Origin: a virus
IMG/VR virus record: IMGVR_UViG_3300025005_000002
Span: 114,009-178,008 of that record
Length of the DNA: 64,000 bases
Direction: 5' to 3' (one strand)
Position 1 is the stretch's first letter. Each line of letters starts with the position of its first letter. The notes beneath the pieces were generated by a model. The model saw only the letters and a list, made by a program, of their open reading frames with translations, ran no database searches and was not told where the DNA came from. Both the position numbers and the translations under genes were made by a program. Positions 8,886 to 19,616 of the stretch are shown here, one piece after another.

Positions 8886-8939
8886 GTAGGGTGTCTTCAA
8901 TAGGATTAGACCGTCTAAATAGATCTAGGGGGATATAGA

Positions 8940-11900
8940 TTGAATACTATCAGTCCAAACGGATTAACAGTACTTAGAAAACGGTATCTTCGTAAGAAGG
9001 GATCAACCCACGAGACACCTGAGGAATTATTTTCACGAGTAGCCAAGGATATAGCAAGTGGTGAAGAACTTCCTAAGAAGAAGAAGGAAGAGTTAATTGA
9101 AGCATATACTAATATGATGGCTAATTTAGAATTCTTGCCAAATACGCCAACATTAGTAAATGCTGGCACTAATAATGGGTGTGCCTATGCAGCATGTTAT
9201 CTACTAGATGTTGGTGACTCATTAGATGATATATTTAGCGTTTACCGTAAGGCAGCATTAATACAGAAGGCTGGTGGTGGTGTCGGTATGGATTGGTCGA
9301 ATGTCAGACCACGTGATACCCTCATTAAGTCTACGGGGTATAAGACACGCGGTGTAGTGCAGTTCATTAAGATCTATGCTGATTCCATGTCTGTGGTAGA
9401 CCAGGGTGGGATTAGGCCATCTGCGAACATGGGTGTCTTATCTGTTCATCATCCAGATATTCTTGAATTCATTAATATGAAGCATTCTGGTGCTGCGCAA
9501 AATATGAACATTTCAGTAGCTATTACTGATGAGTTTATGAAGGCTAAAGATGAAGGTAAAAAATATAATTTGTATTTTCCTGTGTATGGGAACAGGGAAA
9601 AGGCGGGCGAGTTAGATGCAAAAGATGTGTGGGATAAAATTGTAGCTATGGCTTGGCGTATTGGTGATCCGGGTATATTGTGGCTTGATCGAGCAAATAG
9701 GGATAACCCAACACCATCCCTTGGGCAACTGCGTGGAACAAACCCGTGTGTGGTTGGTGAAACGTTAATTGCTGTGGCAGATGGACGGAATGCTGTTAGT
9801 ATTAAACAGCTTACAGCCGAGGGGAAAGATATTCCAGTATACTCACGTAATTTGAAAACTGGTCAGGTAGAGATTAAGTGGGGTAGAAATCCACGTCTAA
9901 CTGGTGAGAAAAAAGAGGTCTGGAAACTTACATTAGATGATAATTCAACAGTGATAGCAACACCAGACCATAGAATACCATTGAGGGATGGGGGTGAACG
10001 CGTTCTTAAAGACTTATTGCCGGGTGATAGTTTATTACCATTTAATACGTATGTGACGCATAAACGTGGGTGTGACTATAGGCAGATATGTGAGACGTCT
10101 ATGCATAAGCCAAAAAATGGTAGATTGCGAGGAAGCAAACGGCAATATCAATTAATATATGATTTTTATAGTGGTGACACAAATTTTGATCCAACAATGC
10201 ATGTGTTACATCATGTCTCATGTGATTCTACAGATGACGCATTTGGTAATTTATGTAAAATGACCAACCAAATGCATCAAGAGGTTCACGACATTACGGG
10301 TAATAAGAACCCAATGTTAAGGCTTAAGGACCCAGAAGGGTATGCGGAGCAAATGCGACAAACAATGGCAGGACTTAATAATCCCTCGTCGCGTGTGCGT
10401 GGTGCAATGCCGGTTGACGAATGGTATCAGGCAGTTGTAGCAGCCATAAAATTAAGAGTGTATACGCGGGCCCCGGGATATGAGAATGTGTTTCAATTAT
10501 GTAAAAAAATGGGGATTCCCACACCAACTAAGTTTAGGTTACGAGCAATTGGGTGCCCAGAAGGAGTGGGGTTTAGAGAGAAGATTAGTAGAGATACCGG
10601 GCTACCAATGATGGTTGTTTATCCAGAGAAGAATGGATGTGCTGGATTAAATAATCCGTCTGCAAAGAAGCATGGTTCGGTTCCGGTTGATGTGTGGTAT
10701 GGGAAGGTGAAGGGGCTTGTGCTTCGTAAACAAAGATTACCGACATGGAAAGAACTGCACAGATTTTATAAGGAAACTGGGATGCCTAGTCATAAAAGAT
10801 TCAGGCTTAACAGTTGTGGGGTTGATACGTTGGCCGAGTTGTGGGACCGGATTCGTGCAGAGATACTTGTGGAGCATAATATTGAGATATCACGACAGAC
10901 AAATAAATCTATAGGTACACTTGATAAGGCTGTTGCGTATTGGAATCATAAAGTAAAGTCTGTTGAATTTCATGGGTACGAAGACGTGTATAACATTACA
11001 GTGGATGACAATCACAATTATTGTATTATAACGTCCTGGACTGATACCAAATTTATGGGGTCTAGTGGTATATGCAAATTTAATTGTGGCGAGACCTGGT
11101 TACTTCCTGGGGAAAGTTGTTGTCTTGGATCAATAAATTTGGTGGCGATGTTAAAGAAAAAGGTAGATGCTGATGGAGTGATTATATATGAGTGGGACTA
11201 TGATAAGATTAATAAAACGGTGCCAATGGCAGTTAGATTTTTAGACAGTGTTCTAGATGTTAGTCCGCAACCATTGCAAGAGATTAAAGATGCGATGATG
11301 AAAACAAGGAAGATTGGTCTCGGTGTAATGGGGTTTGCTGATGCCCTGATTAAAATGAAGATACAATATAATTCGATGCAAGGACTTGAACAAGCTGAGC
11401 ATATTATGGGGTATATCAATACCAAGGCGATGGATGTTAGTGTTGAATTGGGGAAAGAAAAAGGAGTATTTCCAGCCTGGGAGTTAGATAAATTGGGTAC
11501 TGCTCGTAGAAATGCTATAGTTACTACAATTGCACCCACTGGATCAATCTCCCTTATCGCTGGAGTATCTTCTGGTATTGAACCTGTGTATGCTATAGCG
11601 TATACACGTATGGCGTTTGGTGATAAGAAGCTGAGTGAATTGCATGCGGATTTTGATGAAGAGATGCGTAGGCGTAGTATAAATATACCAGATATGTTTG
11701 ATGTTATTTTTAATGAGCATAATGGCTCAATCCAAAAGATGAATATACCAGATGATATAAAACGTACATTTGTTACTGCCCATGACATTTTGCCAGAATG
11801 GCACGTACGAATGCAAGCTGCATTTCAGAAGCACACTGGTAATTCTATCAGTAAAACAATTAACATGAAGAAGGATTCAACAATTGAAGACATCGATGAA

Positions 11901-12500
11901 GCCTACAGGCTCTCGTATAAACTTGGATGTAAAGGAGTCACGATATATAGAGATGGATCGAAATCTGCTCAGATTTTATCTTCAGGTGTACAAAGCCAAC
12001 CAGTGGGTCAGAATGGTGGATTTGGACCACGGGTTAGAATTGAGGCACCGACTGGACGAACTTATGAAATACCCTTTGGATTCGGGGATGCTCTTATTAC
12101 CGTGAATGAAGATGACATTGGTTTGTGTGAGGTTATTGTAAAAGCTGGTAGGTCTGGGTCGCCAATTTCGGCAGAGGCTGAATCACTTGGTAGATTGGTG
12201 TCATTATTGATGAGATGTGGTGTGTCTACCAAATATATCACCAAGCAACTTCGTGGGATTTCTGCTGGTGAAACGGCATTTTATAAAAGTGGGCGTACTA
12301 TTACATCATTATCAGATGCAGTTTGTGCAGCGATAGAAAATCATATAGGATATAAAATGCCAAAGGGTAGTACGCCCACAAAATATAAATATGAGTCAGT
12401 GCTTACATATAAACAAAATTGCCCGGAGTGTGGTAATTTGGTGATTCATCAATCCAAATGTATAGAATGTTCGGCTTGCGGATGGTCAAAATGCAAGTAA
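8940..12500 (+). CDS. nrdJ: Class II (B12-dependent) ribonucleotide reductase with intein
   Basis: [18 protein letters not shown]|CGE split by the intein, [10 protein letters not shown]-terminal TSCPD-like domain and CPEC...CSAC zinc ribbon. Confidence 0.93.
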   Translation: MNTISPNGLTVLRKRYLRKKGSTHETPEELFSRVAKDIASGEELPKKKKEELIEAYTNMMANLEFLPNTPTLVNAGTNNGCAYAACYLLDVGDSLDDIFSVYRKAALIQKAGGGVGMDWSNVRPRDTLIKSTGYKTRGVVQFIKIYADSMSVVDQGGIRPSANMGVLSVHHPDILEFINMKHSGAAQNMNISVAITDEFMKAKDEGKKYNLYFPVYGNREKAGELDAKDVWDKIVAMAWRIGDPGILWLDRANRDNPTPSLGQLRGTNPCVVGETLIAVADGRNAVSIKQLTAEGKDIPVYSRNLKTGQVEIKWGRNPRLTGEKKEVWKLTLDDNSTVIATPDHRIPLRDGGERVLKDLLPGDSLLPFNTYVTHKRGCDYRQICETSMHKPKNGRLRGSKRQYQLIYDFYSGDTNFDPTMHVLHHVSCDSTDDAFGNLCKMTNQMHQEVHDITGNKNPMLRLKDPEGYAEQMRQTMAGLNNPSSRVRGAMPVDEWYQAVVAAIKLRVYTRAPGYENVFQLCKKMGIPTPTKFRLRAIGCPEGVGFREKISRDTGLPMMVVYPEKNGCAGLNNPSAKKHGSVPVDVWYGKVKGLVLRKQRLPTWKELHRFYKETGMPSHKRFRLNSCGVDTLAELWDRIRAEILVEHNIEISRQTNKSIGTLDKAVAYWNHKVKSVEFHGYEDVYNITVDDNHNYCIITSWTDTKFMGSSGICKFNCGETWLLPGESCCLGSINLVAMLKKKVDADGVIIYEWDYDKINKTVPMAVRFLDSVLDVSPQPLQEIKDAMMKTRKIGLGVMGFADALIKMKIQYNSMQGLEQAEHIMGYINTKAMDVSVELGKEKGVFPAWELDKLGTARRNAIVTTIAPTGSISLIAGVSSGIEPVYAIAYTRMAFGDKKLSELHADFDEEMRRRSINIPDMFDVIFNEHNGSIQKMNIPDDIKRTFVTAHDILPEWHVRMQAAFQKHTGNSISKTINMKKDSTIEDIDEAYRLSYKLGCKGVTIYRDGSKSAQILSSGVQSQPVGQNGGFGPRVRIEAPTGRTYEIPFGFGDALITVNEDDIGLCEVIVKAGRSGSPISAEAESLGRLVSLLMRCGVSTKYITKQLRGISAGETAFYKSGRTITSLSDAVCAAIENHIGYKMPKGSTPTKYKYESVLTYKQNCPECGNLVIHQSKCIECSACGWSKCK
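9747..11084 (+). mobile_element. Intein (446 aa) in RNR, carrying an HNH-type endonuclease
   Basis: Starts [10 protein letters not shown], ends [12 protein letters not shown]...KFN before the extein Cys; inserted immediately before the catalytic Cys of NPCGE; internal HHVSCD...NLCKMT...H motif. Confidence 0.9.
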
Positions 12501-12664
12501 ATGATGAGAAAGAAATTGGTAGAGAATTAACCGCTGAGGAAAAGGGAGACATTTTGAAGAAATTTCCTCATTGCTCTCTATGTGGATTCCCTGAGAGGGA
12601 TGGTCATAAGAATATGTGTCCTAATACTGAGCCCAAACAACGCTTACTGATGGAAGCCCTGTGA
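12491..12664 (+). CDS. Small CxxC-containing hypothetical protein
   Basis: ATG overlapping the RNR stop; CSLC...H..C. Confidence 0.45.
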   Translation: MQVNDEKEIGRELTAEEKGDILKKFPHCSLCGFPERDGHKNMCPNTEPKQRLLMEAL

Positions 12665-12939
12665 CTCCAGATCATCGGGAGATAAACCCAGAAACAGGAC
12701 AGCAAAAGGGATATGTTGTGCTATCAGAAGAAGAACGAAAGAAAGGGTTTATTAGGCCAGTACGACAAGTTTATTTACATCTTACATGTAAGACAACAAC
12801 AAGGATGGGGATTGCTCTAGCAGAAACGTATGCACGAGATCCAAAATTTTATGGTGGGACATTTTGTGTAACATGTAAAAATCATTTCCCACTTGATCAA
12901 TTTTTGTGGGAAGGGACTAACGAGATAGTGGGGTCCTAA
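12661..12939 (+). CDS. Hypothetical zinc-binding phage protein
   Basis: HLTC...TFCVTC pattern; coupled GTG start. Confidence 0.6.
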   Translation: MTPDHREINPETGQQKGYVVLSEEERKKGFIRPVRQVYLHLTCKTTTRMGIALAETYARDPKFYGGTFCVTCKNHFPLDQFLWEGTNEIVGS

Positions 12940-13323
12940 ATGCAAGTAAAATTTGAAGATAGTGAATTACGTGAGTATGTAAAACAGCACATTGGTGCCG
13001 CCACTAAGTCTGTAGTACGTGCAGAAGTTGCCGCACTTATTCATGAAGAGATGGAGAAAAAATTGAGAGAGATAACTCCACATTCTATACAGGTAGCAAT
13101 AAGTGGTATCCTTAATGAAAGGATTAAAAAGACTGTTGATGATGCATTTAAGGTTTTAAATGATAGTGGTGTTGATTCAACATATCCGAATTGGCATCCT
13201 CCACTGTTGTTTATTCAAAAAATGACACTTGGGATTAGAGAAGAATTAAAAGAGAAATTGTGGAAATATATATCATCTAAAATAGGGGTTGAATTAAATA
13301 CCTCTCTTAAGGAGCGCAAATGA
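12940..13323 (+). CDS. Hypothetical protein
   Basis: 127-aa ORF in a tightly packed operon. Confidence 0.5.
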   Translation: MQVKFEDSELREYVKQHIGAATKSVVRAEVAALIHEEMEKKLREITPHSIQVAISGILNERIKKTVDDAFKVLNDSGVDSTYPNWHPPLLFIQKMTLGIREELKEKLWKYISSKIGVELNTSLKERK

Positions 13324-13541
13324 AGAATAAAAATGTATGGGATATTAAATCAATCGAGGACATTGAAATTCCAGAGATTTTTATGGAAAACGCTAAGATG
13401 GGTATTGCAAGGATTCAGTTTGAGTCCTTAAAGGTTAAGGAATTGCAGAAGTTGAATGAGAAACTTGATAGGTTAATTGCTGTTATGACACCGTCAAATG
13501 TTAAGGTTGCAAAAGGTTCTGCGAAGGGAGATGGACAGTGA
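13320..13541 (+). CDS. Hypothetical protein
   Basis: ATGA coupling at both ends. Confidence 0.5.
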   Translation: MKNKNVWDIKSIEDIEIPEIFMENAKMGIARIQFESLKVKELQKLNEKLDRLIAVMTPSNVKVAKGSAKGDGQ

Positions 13542-14011
13542 GTGTTAGCACACCAATTAAAGATGTTATAGTTAGGCCCCTTATTGTGCACCATGATGAT
13601 CGTGGGTATTTAATGGAGATACTTAGAGATGATAGCCCAACATTTACCAAATTTGGGCAAGTGTATTTAGTTGGTGATGTCGCTAGGGGTACTGTACGGG
13701 CTTTTCATAGACATAGTGAACTCGTTGATTGGTTCTTTATCTCTCATGGTGCTGCGAAATTCGTATTGGTAGATGGTCGAGAAGATTCTCCGACATATCG
13801 CAATTATCAGGTCATTGTTACTGGAGATCGTAAACCAGCATGTATCACAGTCCCTCCTGGTGTGTGGCATGGATGGATGGCACTTACTGATGATACACAG
13901 TTAATTAGTGTAGCTAGTAATTCGCATGATCCTTCTAAATTAGATGAGGAGAGAATCGCCCCAGATTACTTTAATTATATAAAGCGATTTTGGGACGTTG
14001 AATTTAAATGA
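13538..14011 (+). CDS. dTDP-4-dehydrorhamnose 3,5-epimerase-family cupin (RmlC-like)
   Basis: HHDDRGYLME, VRAFHRH, TVPPGVWHG cupin motifs. Confidence 0.85.
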   Translation: MSVSTPIKDVIVRPLIVHHDDRGYLMEILRDDSPTFTKFGQVYLVGDVARGTVRAFHRHSELVDWFFISHGAAKFVLVDGREDSPTYRNYQVIVTGDRKPACITVPPGVWHGWMALTDDTQLISVASNSHDPSKLDEERIAPDYFNYIKRFWDVEFK

Positions 14012-14604
14012 AAAATCATATGATGTATAATTGTTTTCTTGAGTACTTACAAAAGATTAAAGATTTGGGTGGTGATATTATTGAAGTAGGGGTACATAGA
14101 GGCAATTCATTAAAGGTGTTAGGGGCGATTACAAGAGATTTAAACATTAATAAAATTATTTATGGTGTAGATACCTTTTGTGGTATGCCGGATCGTGTTA
14201 TAGATGGATTAGATAACGGATATAATGAAAACGGCGAAATTACTCCTGGGGAAGGTGGGCATTATCCGGGTGATTTTAAAGATACATCACTTTTACAAGT
14301 GTCTAGGGCGGTTCCATGGGGGAATATCAAATTAATTCCAGGTGTATTTCCTGTGTGTGCTGATCAAATTAAGAGTGATAAATTCTGTTTTGCCCATGTT
14401 GATGTTGATATCTACAATTCATATAAAGATTCATATCAATATCTTTGGCCAAGAATCGTATCGGGTGGTGTTATAATTTGTGGTGATGATTACTTGTGTC
14501 CATGGTTAAAGGGTGCCAAAAAAGCGATTGATGAAGTAACTGCTGAATTTGGTGTTGTTCCTATCATTACACCAAAGGGACAACACGTTATAGTGAAACC
14601 ATGA
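14008..14604 (+). CDS. TylF/MycF/NovP-family sugar O-methyltransferase
   Basis: IEVGVHRG, DTFCGMP, FAHVDVDIY, GGVII..DDY. Confidence 0.88.
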   Translation: MKNHMMYNCFLEYLQKIKDLGGDIIEVGVHRGNSLKVLGAITRDLNINKIIYGVDTFCGMPDRVIDGLDNGYNENGEITPGEGGHYPGDFKDTSLLQVSRAVPWGNIKLIPGVFPVCADQIKSDKFCFAHVDVDIYNSYKDSYQYLWPRIVSGGVIICGDDYLCPWLKGAKKAIDEVTAEFGVVPIITPKGQHVIVKP

Positions 14605-15194
14605 AAAAGATACAATTTGGATCTGGTGGTAAGGATTGTTTTATTGATGGATGGGAAAATTATGATATAGATATAGATATTAGGAAGCCATTACCATTTG
14701 AAAATAATAGTGTGGATTTTGTGATGGCTGAGCATCTAATTGAACATGTTACGCAGCATGACGCCTATTTATTTTTTTTGGAGTGCAGACGGATTTTGAA
14801 ATCTGGTGGTACGGCCAGGATTATAGTGCCAGATATCAAAAGAATTTATGAGAATTGTAATGAAGAATACCGTGGGTTTGTTAGGCGGTGGTGGCCCGGT
14901 GAAAAACAATGGTATAATTCGAGGTATTGGGAATATAAAGAGAAAAATTGTAAAAAAGATAATCTTACTAATAGTGTTATAGCTGAACAAATGATATTTA
15001 ATTTTGCCCATGTGTCATTTTGGACTGCTGATTTATTGGTTACTGCTTTAAATATTGTGGGATTTAAAACTATAATTGAAGGATATGGGAAGTCGAGTAT
15101 CCCAGAATTAATCGGAGTTGATCGACATGGTATTGCAATTGGAATGGCCGCTACTATTATGGAGTCTATTGTAGTTGAGGCGACAAAGTCATGA
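14601..15194 (+). CDS. Class I SAM-dependent methyltransferase
   Basis: QFGSG, DIDIRKPLPF, AEHLIEH, RILKSGG...IIVPD. Confidence 0.85.
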   Translation: MKKIQFGSGGKDCFIDGWENYDIDIDIRKPLPFENNSVDFVMAEHLIEHVTQHDAYLFFLECRRILKSGGTARIIVPDIKRIYENCNEEYRGFVRRWWPGEKQWYNSRYWEYKEKNCKKDNLTNSVIAEQMIFNFAHVSFWTADLLVTALNIVGFKTIIEGYGKSSIPELIGVDRHGIAIGMAATIMESIVVEATKS

Positions 15195-15946
15195 TTTATA
15201 GTTCTATAATGTTCTTTAATGAACTTGATTTGCTTGATTTAAAGATTGCAGAAGAATCTCCATATGTAGACAAGATTTACATTACGGAGTCACCATTAAC
15301 ATTTACTGGCAATCAAAAACTACTTAATTTCCCGGTGGAAAAATATAAAGACAATGATAAAATAGTGTATTTAGTCACTCCAAAAGAGATATACAAAGAT
15401 TGTAAGGTCGCATGGGATAGGGAATTTTTGCAGAGAAATTATGCACAGGCTATAATACCATTTAATGATGATGATGTCTGTTTTGTTACTGATGCAGATG
15501 AAATAATTTGTGGGGATATGTTTCCCACTATACTTCATGGATTAAAAACATATCAATTTGTTGCGATGCATATGAAGTTTTGTATGTTTTATATTAATGT
15601 TGAAGTTGTAGGGCAGATTTGGGAGCCACCATTTGCTGCAAGGGGAAGGATGTGTAAGCAATATGCATTTCAAACTATGAGGAATAGAAAAGTAGGCACA
15701 AATAAAGTAATAGATAATTGTGGTAAGCATTTATCTTATTTAGGTGGTGAAGAAGCAATTAGGTTTAAATTAAGAAGTTATTCACATACAGAATGTGCTG
15801 TCCCAGAACGCGTAGCGTCCATTATTAATGATTTTAATATGGTAGGATATAATAATAATAGATTAAAAATAATAGAGGTAAATAGGTTTTATCCAAGGAT
15901 CATATTAGATAATTTAGATAGGTGGGAAAAATATATAAAGAGGTGA
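15191..15946 (+). CDS. Glycosyltransferase family 17-like (beta-1,4-GlcNAc transferase-like)
   Basis: MFFNELDLL...VDKIYITES..TFTG, REFLQRN, TDADEI (DxD), HLSYLGG. Confidence 0.82.
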   Translation: MIYSSIMFFNELDLLDLKIAEESPYVDKIYITESPLTFTGNQKLLNFPVEKYKDNDKIVYLVTPKEIYKDCKVAWDREFLQRNYAQAIIPFNDDDVCFVTDADEIICGDMFPTILHGLKTYQFVAMHMKFCMFYINVEVVGQIWEPPFAARGRMCKQYAFQTMRNRKVGTNKVIDNCGKHLSYLGGEEAIRFKLRSYSHTECAVPERVASIINDFNMVGYNNNRLKIIEVNRFYPRIILDNLDRWEKYIKR

Positions 15947-15949
15947 TTT

Positions 15950-16216
15950 ATGTTTAGTCATATTAAGGGATTGTGTAGGGTGTTTGGTGGTGTTGGTGAA
16001 GAAAGAGCGGAGAAAAGTAAGGTAGTAAATCACATAGTATTTGTAAAAAAAGGATCGGGGATTGATATGGTAAAACTCAAATCTATGGGGTTTCATGTTG
16101 TTGAAGGAGATTCAATAGAAGAGGGACGTGATTTCAAATTTATTGAAAGTGTACAAGTTACAACTACCTTCTATTCAAGAGAAGTAGAAGAGGAAGAAAA
16201 AGAAGGAGAAAGATAG
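15950..16216 (+). CDS. Hypothetical protein
   Basis: GAGGTG RBS; 88 aa with an acidic tail. Confidence 0.5.
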   Translation: MFSHIKGLCRVFGGVGEERAEKSKVVNHIVFVKKGSGIDMVKLKSMGFHVVEGDSIEEGRDFKFIESVQVTTTFYSREVEEEEKEGER

Positions 16217-17250
16217 TGGTACTCGTCCTTGGTGGGGCAGGCTATGTTGGGTCAGTGCTTGTTGAGGCGTTGTTGGATCAGGGGTATTCGGTTAGAGTTT
16301 ATGATAGGGAATATTATAATATAGATAATTCTAAATTTTCTAAGAAGGCAGATTATTGTTGGGGTGATGTAAGGGACATACGCCCAGAAATTTTTAATGG
16401 TATTGATGCAGTGATTAATCTTAGTGGCCTAAGTAATGATCCAACTGCAGAATATAATCCCGAAGCAAATAAGGAGATGAACACAGGGGCAACCATTAGT
16501 TCAGCAAAACAAGCTATAGACCTTGGGATAATGAGGTATGTTTTTGCCTCTAGTTGTTCAGTATACTATAGAGATATTAGCGGTACTGATATAGATGATG
16601 TTATATTGAATGAAAATGATAAAATTAGTCCAAAGGCTGCTTATTCTAAATCAAAATATGAGGCTGAACAAGGATTGTTACGTTTAGCCGGTGAATATAA
16701 AGGATTTTGTCCAGTTATTCTGAGAAAAGGGACTATATTTGGGTGGTCCCCAAGGATGCGCTATGATCTCGTTGTTAATACATTTGTCAAAGACGCACTT
16801 AAAACTGGGAAGATTACTATTCATAACGGTGGTGAGATGTGGCGTCCTATGCTTGAAATTAATGATGCTACTAGGGCTTATATTGCATGTCTCCAGGCGA
16901 AGGCTCCGAAGGTTAGAGGTCAGATCTTTAATGTTGCGTACAAAAATTTTAGGGTATCTGAGATTGCGTTAAGGACCGTAGAGGCATTGAAGAAACTTGG
17001 GATTAATGTTGAGATCGAAATTCAAAATTCGCTTGGTAGTGTAAGATCATACAGAGTATCGCTAGAGAAGGCTCGTAATGTCCTTGGCATAACACCATCA
17101 GTTACAATTGGTGAGTCGGTGGCCAATATGGTAAATAATATTAAGGCTGAAAAATACACAGATTTTGACAATCCTATATATTACAATATCCGTTGGCTCA
17201 AAACTCTCGAACATGCTAGTCGTATACTTATAAATGGGGAGGTATTTTAA
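16216..17250 (+). CDS. NAD-dependent nucleotide-sugar epimerase/dehydratase (extended SDR)
   Basis: GGAGYVG Rossmann motif, FASSCSVY, YSKSK (YxxxK). Confidence 0.9.
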   Translation: MVLVLGGAGYVGSVLVEALLDQGYSVRVYDREYYNIDNSKFSKKADYCWGDVRDIRPEIFNGIDAVINLSGLSNDPTAEYNPEANKEMNTGATISSAKQAIDLGIMRYVFASSCSVYYRDISGTDIDDVILNENDKISPKAAYSKSKYEAEQGLLRLAGEYKGFCPVILRKGTIFGWSPRMRYDLVVNTFVKDALKTGKITIHNGGEMWRPMLEINDATRAYIACLQAKAPKVRGQIFNVAYKNFRVSEIALRTVEALKKLGINVEIEIQNSLGSVRSYRVSLEKARNVLGITPSVTIGESVANMVNNIKAEKYTDFDNPIYYNIRWLKTLEHASRILINGEVF

Positions 17251-17553
17251 ATGATGATAATGAGTCATTGGGACTATCGTGTAGTTAGGAAAAATGTTTA
17301 TATGGGTAAAACAATCAGTCCAGAAGTTCAGTATGCAATATATGAAACGTATTATAATGATGAAGGCGAGCCTATTATGATTACTACTGATTATATGTCA
17401 CCATATGGTGAGACACCAGAGGAATTGAAGAGTGATTTGGAGAAAATGGTAGCAGCGCTAGATAAACCGGTGTTGAATTGGGGAGATTTTAAAAATAAAG
17501 AGATTGAGGTACCTACAAATGACAAAGTCATTGGCGGTGGTGATAGGCAGTAA
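17251..17553 (+). CDS. Hypothetical phage protein
   Basis: GGGAGGT RBS; WDYRVV...YAIYETYY..GEP. Confidence 0.55.
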   Translation: MMIMSHWDYRVVRKNVYMGKTISPEVQYAIYETYYNDEGEPIMITTDYMSPYGETPEELKSDLEKMVAALDKPVLNWGDFKNKEIEVPTNDKVIGGGDRQ

Positions 17554-18394
17554 CGGACAATTTGGGTCAGATATTGTTAAGGTTTTAAATGGGAAATTTA
17601 CGGTTAAGGCATTAACTCATAAAGATATTGATATTACCAAAAAGGCGTGTTATGATAGTATCGTTGCGCTTGAGCCTCAATATGTAATCAATACTGCGGC
17701 ATTTCATAATTTAAAGGCATGTGAAGAAGAACCAGATAAAGCATTTTTAGTGAATGCCTGGGGTGCGTTAAATTTAGCTAGGGCTTGTAATGATATAGGG
17801 GCCACACTGATTCATACCAGTACGGACCATGTGTTTGATGGTGAAACTGATCAGCCATATTTTGAGGATAGTAAGACTTGTCCGGTTAGTTCATATGGTA
17901 GGTCCAAGTTATTGGGTGAACAATTGGTAACTGCTTATATAAATAAGCATTATATATTGAGGGTGTCAACTTTATATGGATATGTACCACCAAGTGGTAA
18001 ACCATGGAATTTTATTGATATGGTTGTTGGGAAAGCGATTAAGAAAGAGAAGATGACCATTGTTAATATGCTTTATTCTTCACCAACGTTCACAGCCAAT
18101 GCAGCTAATAAATTACTTGCCATATTAACCAGAAAATTACCATATGGTGTATACCATTGTTCTGATGGTGGGGTTACATCTTTTTATGATTTGGCAGTTT
18201 TTATATGTAAATATTTAAATTTGGAGGTAGATATAGTCCCACTCACAGAACCACTAGATAGTGTGCCACGACCAAAATATTGTATTATGGGTGGTGCAAA
18301 ATTGGATGGTTTTGGTATACCATCTAGGCCATGGCAGGCATGTATAGCGGTTTATTTAAATAATAAGTATCCGGAGTATGCTCCTAAACGATAA
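17519..18394 (+). CDS. rmlD: dTDP-4-dehydrorhamnose reductase-like SDR
   Basis: GSNGQFG, NTAAFHN, HTSTDHVFDG, YGRSK, LRVSTLYG. Confidence 0.88.
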   Translation: MTKSLAVVIGSNGQFGSDIVKVLNGKFTVKALTHKDIDITKKACYDSIVALEPQYVINTAAFHNLKACEEEPDKAFLVNAWGALNLARACNDIGATLIHTSTDHVFDGETDQPYFEDSKTCPVSSYGRSKLLGEQLVTAYINKHYILRVSTLYGYVPPSGKPWNFIDMVVGKAIKKEKMTIVNMLYSSPTFTANAANKLLAILTRKLPYGVYHCSDGGVTSFYDLAVFICKYLNLEVDIVPLTEPLDSVPRPKYCIMGGAKLDGFGIPSRPWQACIAVYLNNKYPEYAPKR

Positions 18395-18421
18395 AAAAGC
18401 AAATATTTTATCGGGGAGCTA

Positions 18422-18976
18422 ATGTCGCCAGCTAAAATTAAGCAAAAATGTGTTGAATGTGGTGTTGTATTTGAAAGATCTAAGTTTAATCCATATTTGG
18501 ATCGATGTGAAAAACACAGGATATCAAATAAAAAAGTAAGGGTACAAGTTGAAGGACCAGTTAAGAAACTGGCAAAGAAGACGAAAAAAGAGGAACCTCA
18601 ACAAATAATATTGCCAGTTCCATCATTAACTAATTTTAAACCAATTGTTGTTACCATAGAAAAGGAGAAGATTTATTTACATCTTTTATCTCGTGGATGG
18701 CAATTATCAACCAGTAATAAATTATTTAAGAAGACAGACAAAGTAAACGTCGTAGCTACTCTTGGGTCAGATGGATCACAATCACAAAAGTTTACTGCTA
18801 GTTTTTGGGGTGGCGATAAATTTAGTGGGTTTGATGGTAGTTTGTCTATAGTGGAGAGGGCACAGTTGAAAAAGTTACCATCAGAAATAACTAATGATTT
18901 AGAAGATATTATAAATTTAATTTGGCCGATTGGAGAGAATGATGAGAAAGAGTGCGGAGAAAAGAAAAGAATATAA
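18422..18976 (+). CDS. Hypothetical protein with an N-terminal CxxC finger
   Basis: CVECG...RCEKH. Confidence 0.5.
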   Translation: MSPAKIKQKCVECGVVFERSKFNPYLDRCEKHRISNKKVRVQVEGPVKKLAKKTKKEEPQQIILPVPSLTNFKPIVVTIEKEKIYLHLLSRGWQLSTSNKLFKKTDKVNVVATLGSDGSQSQKFTASFWGGDKFSGFDGSLSIVERAQLKKLPSEITNDLEDIINLIWPIGENDEKECGEKKRI

Positions 18977-19616
18977 TAAGAAGGCTTGGCCCAAATATAT
19001 TAATCGGATTGGAAAAGAGGAGAGGTCTAAACGGCAGATAGTGTCGTATATTAAAAATAGAGATAAAGTACAGGCAAGGCATAAAATAAGAAGGGTAGAG
19101 ATCTGTGAGTTTGTGGACGAGCAAAAGAAAGGAAAACAGTGTGCCTATTGTGGCAATGTGGATTGGAGGGTATTAGAATTCCATCATCTGGGCGATAAAG
19201 ATATGTGGGTTAGTATTATGCGGAAGTACGCATGGGGCAGGGATAAAATCTTGGCTGAGATTGCTAAGTGTGTTATATTGTGCACCAATTGTCATAAGAT
19301 TCTTCACCACGAAGAGAGACAAACAGAACAGGTAGCGAGTGGCTGGAAATGCAGTAGGGCCAGAAGGGCCGCTGCGTATAAACTAGTTGATGATTATAAG
19401 AAGAAGAGTAAGTGTATCAAGTGTGGAAATAATGATTGGCGTGTGTTAGAATTTAATCATAGGGACCCAGCGACCAAAAGTGGTGATATTGGTCGTATGC
19501 GTAGTGACGGGTGTACCAAGAAACTTGTGATAGAGATGGCGCAATGCGATATGTACTGCGGTAACTGTCATAAACTATATCATTTAGGAGAATGTGGTGA
19601 TGCAGAAAAGGACTAA
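18942..19616 (+). CDS. Tandem double-HNH endonuclease
   Basis: Two CxxCGNxDWRVLEFxH...CxxxCxNCH repeats. Confidence 0.8.
   Translation: MRKSAEKRKEYNKKAWPKYINRIGKEERSKRQIVSYIKNRDKVQARHKIRRVEICEFVDEQKKGKQCAYCGNVDWRVLEFHHLGDKDMWVSIMRKYAWGRDKILAEIAKCVILCTNCHKILHHEERQTEQVASGWKCSRARRAAAYKLVDDYKKKSKCIKCGNNDWRVLEFNHRDPATKSGDIGRMRSDGCTKKLVIEMAQCDMYCGNCHKLYHLGECGDAEKD

Noticed and set aside
8882-8938. 18-codon ORF between dut and nrdJ as a leader peptide or B12 riboswitch
   Set aside because: Too short for a cobalamin riboswitch, with no conserved elements; probably just spacer containing the nrdJ RBS.
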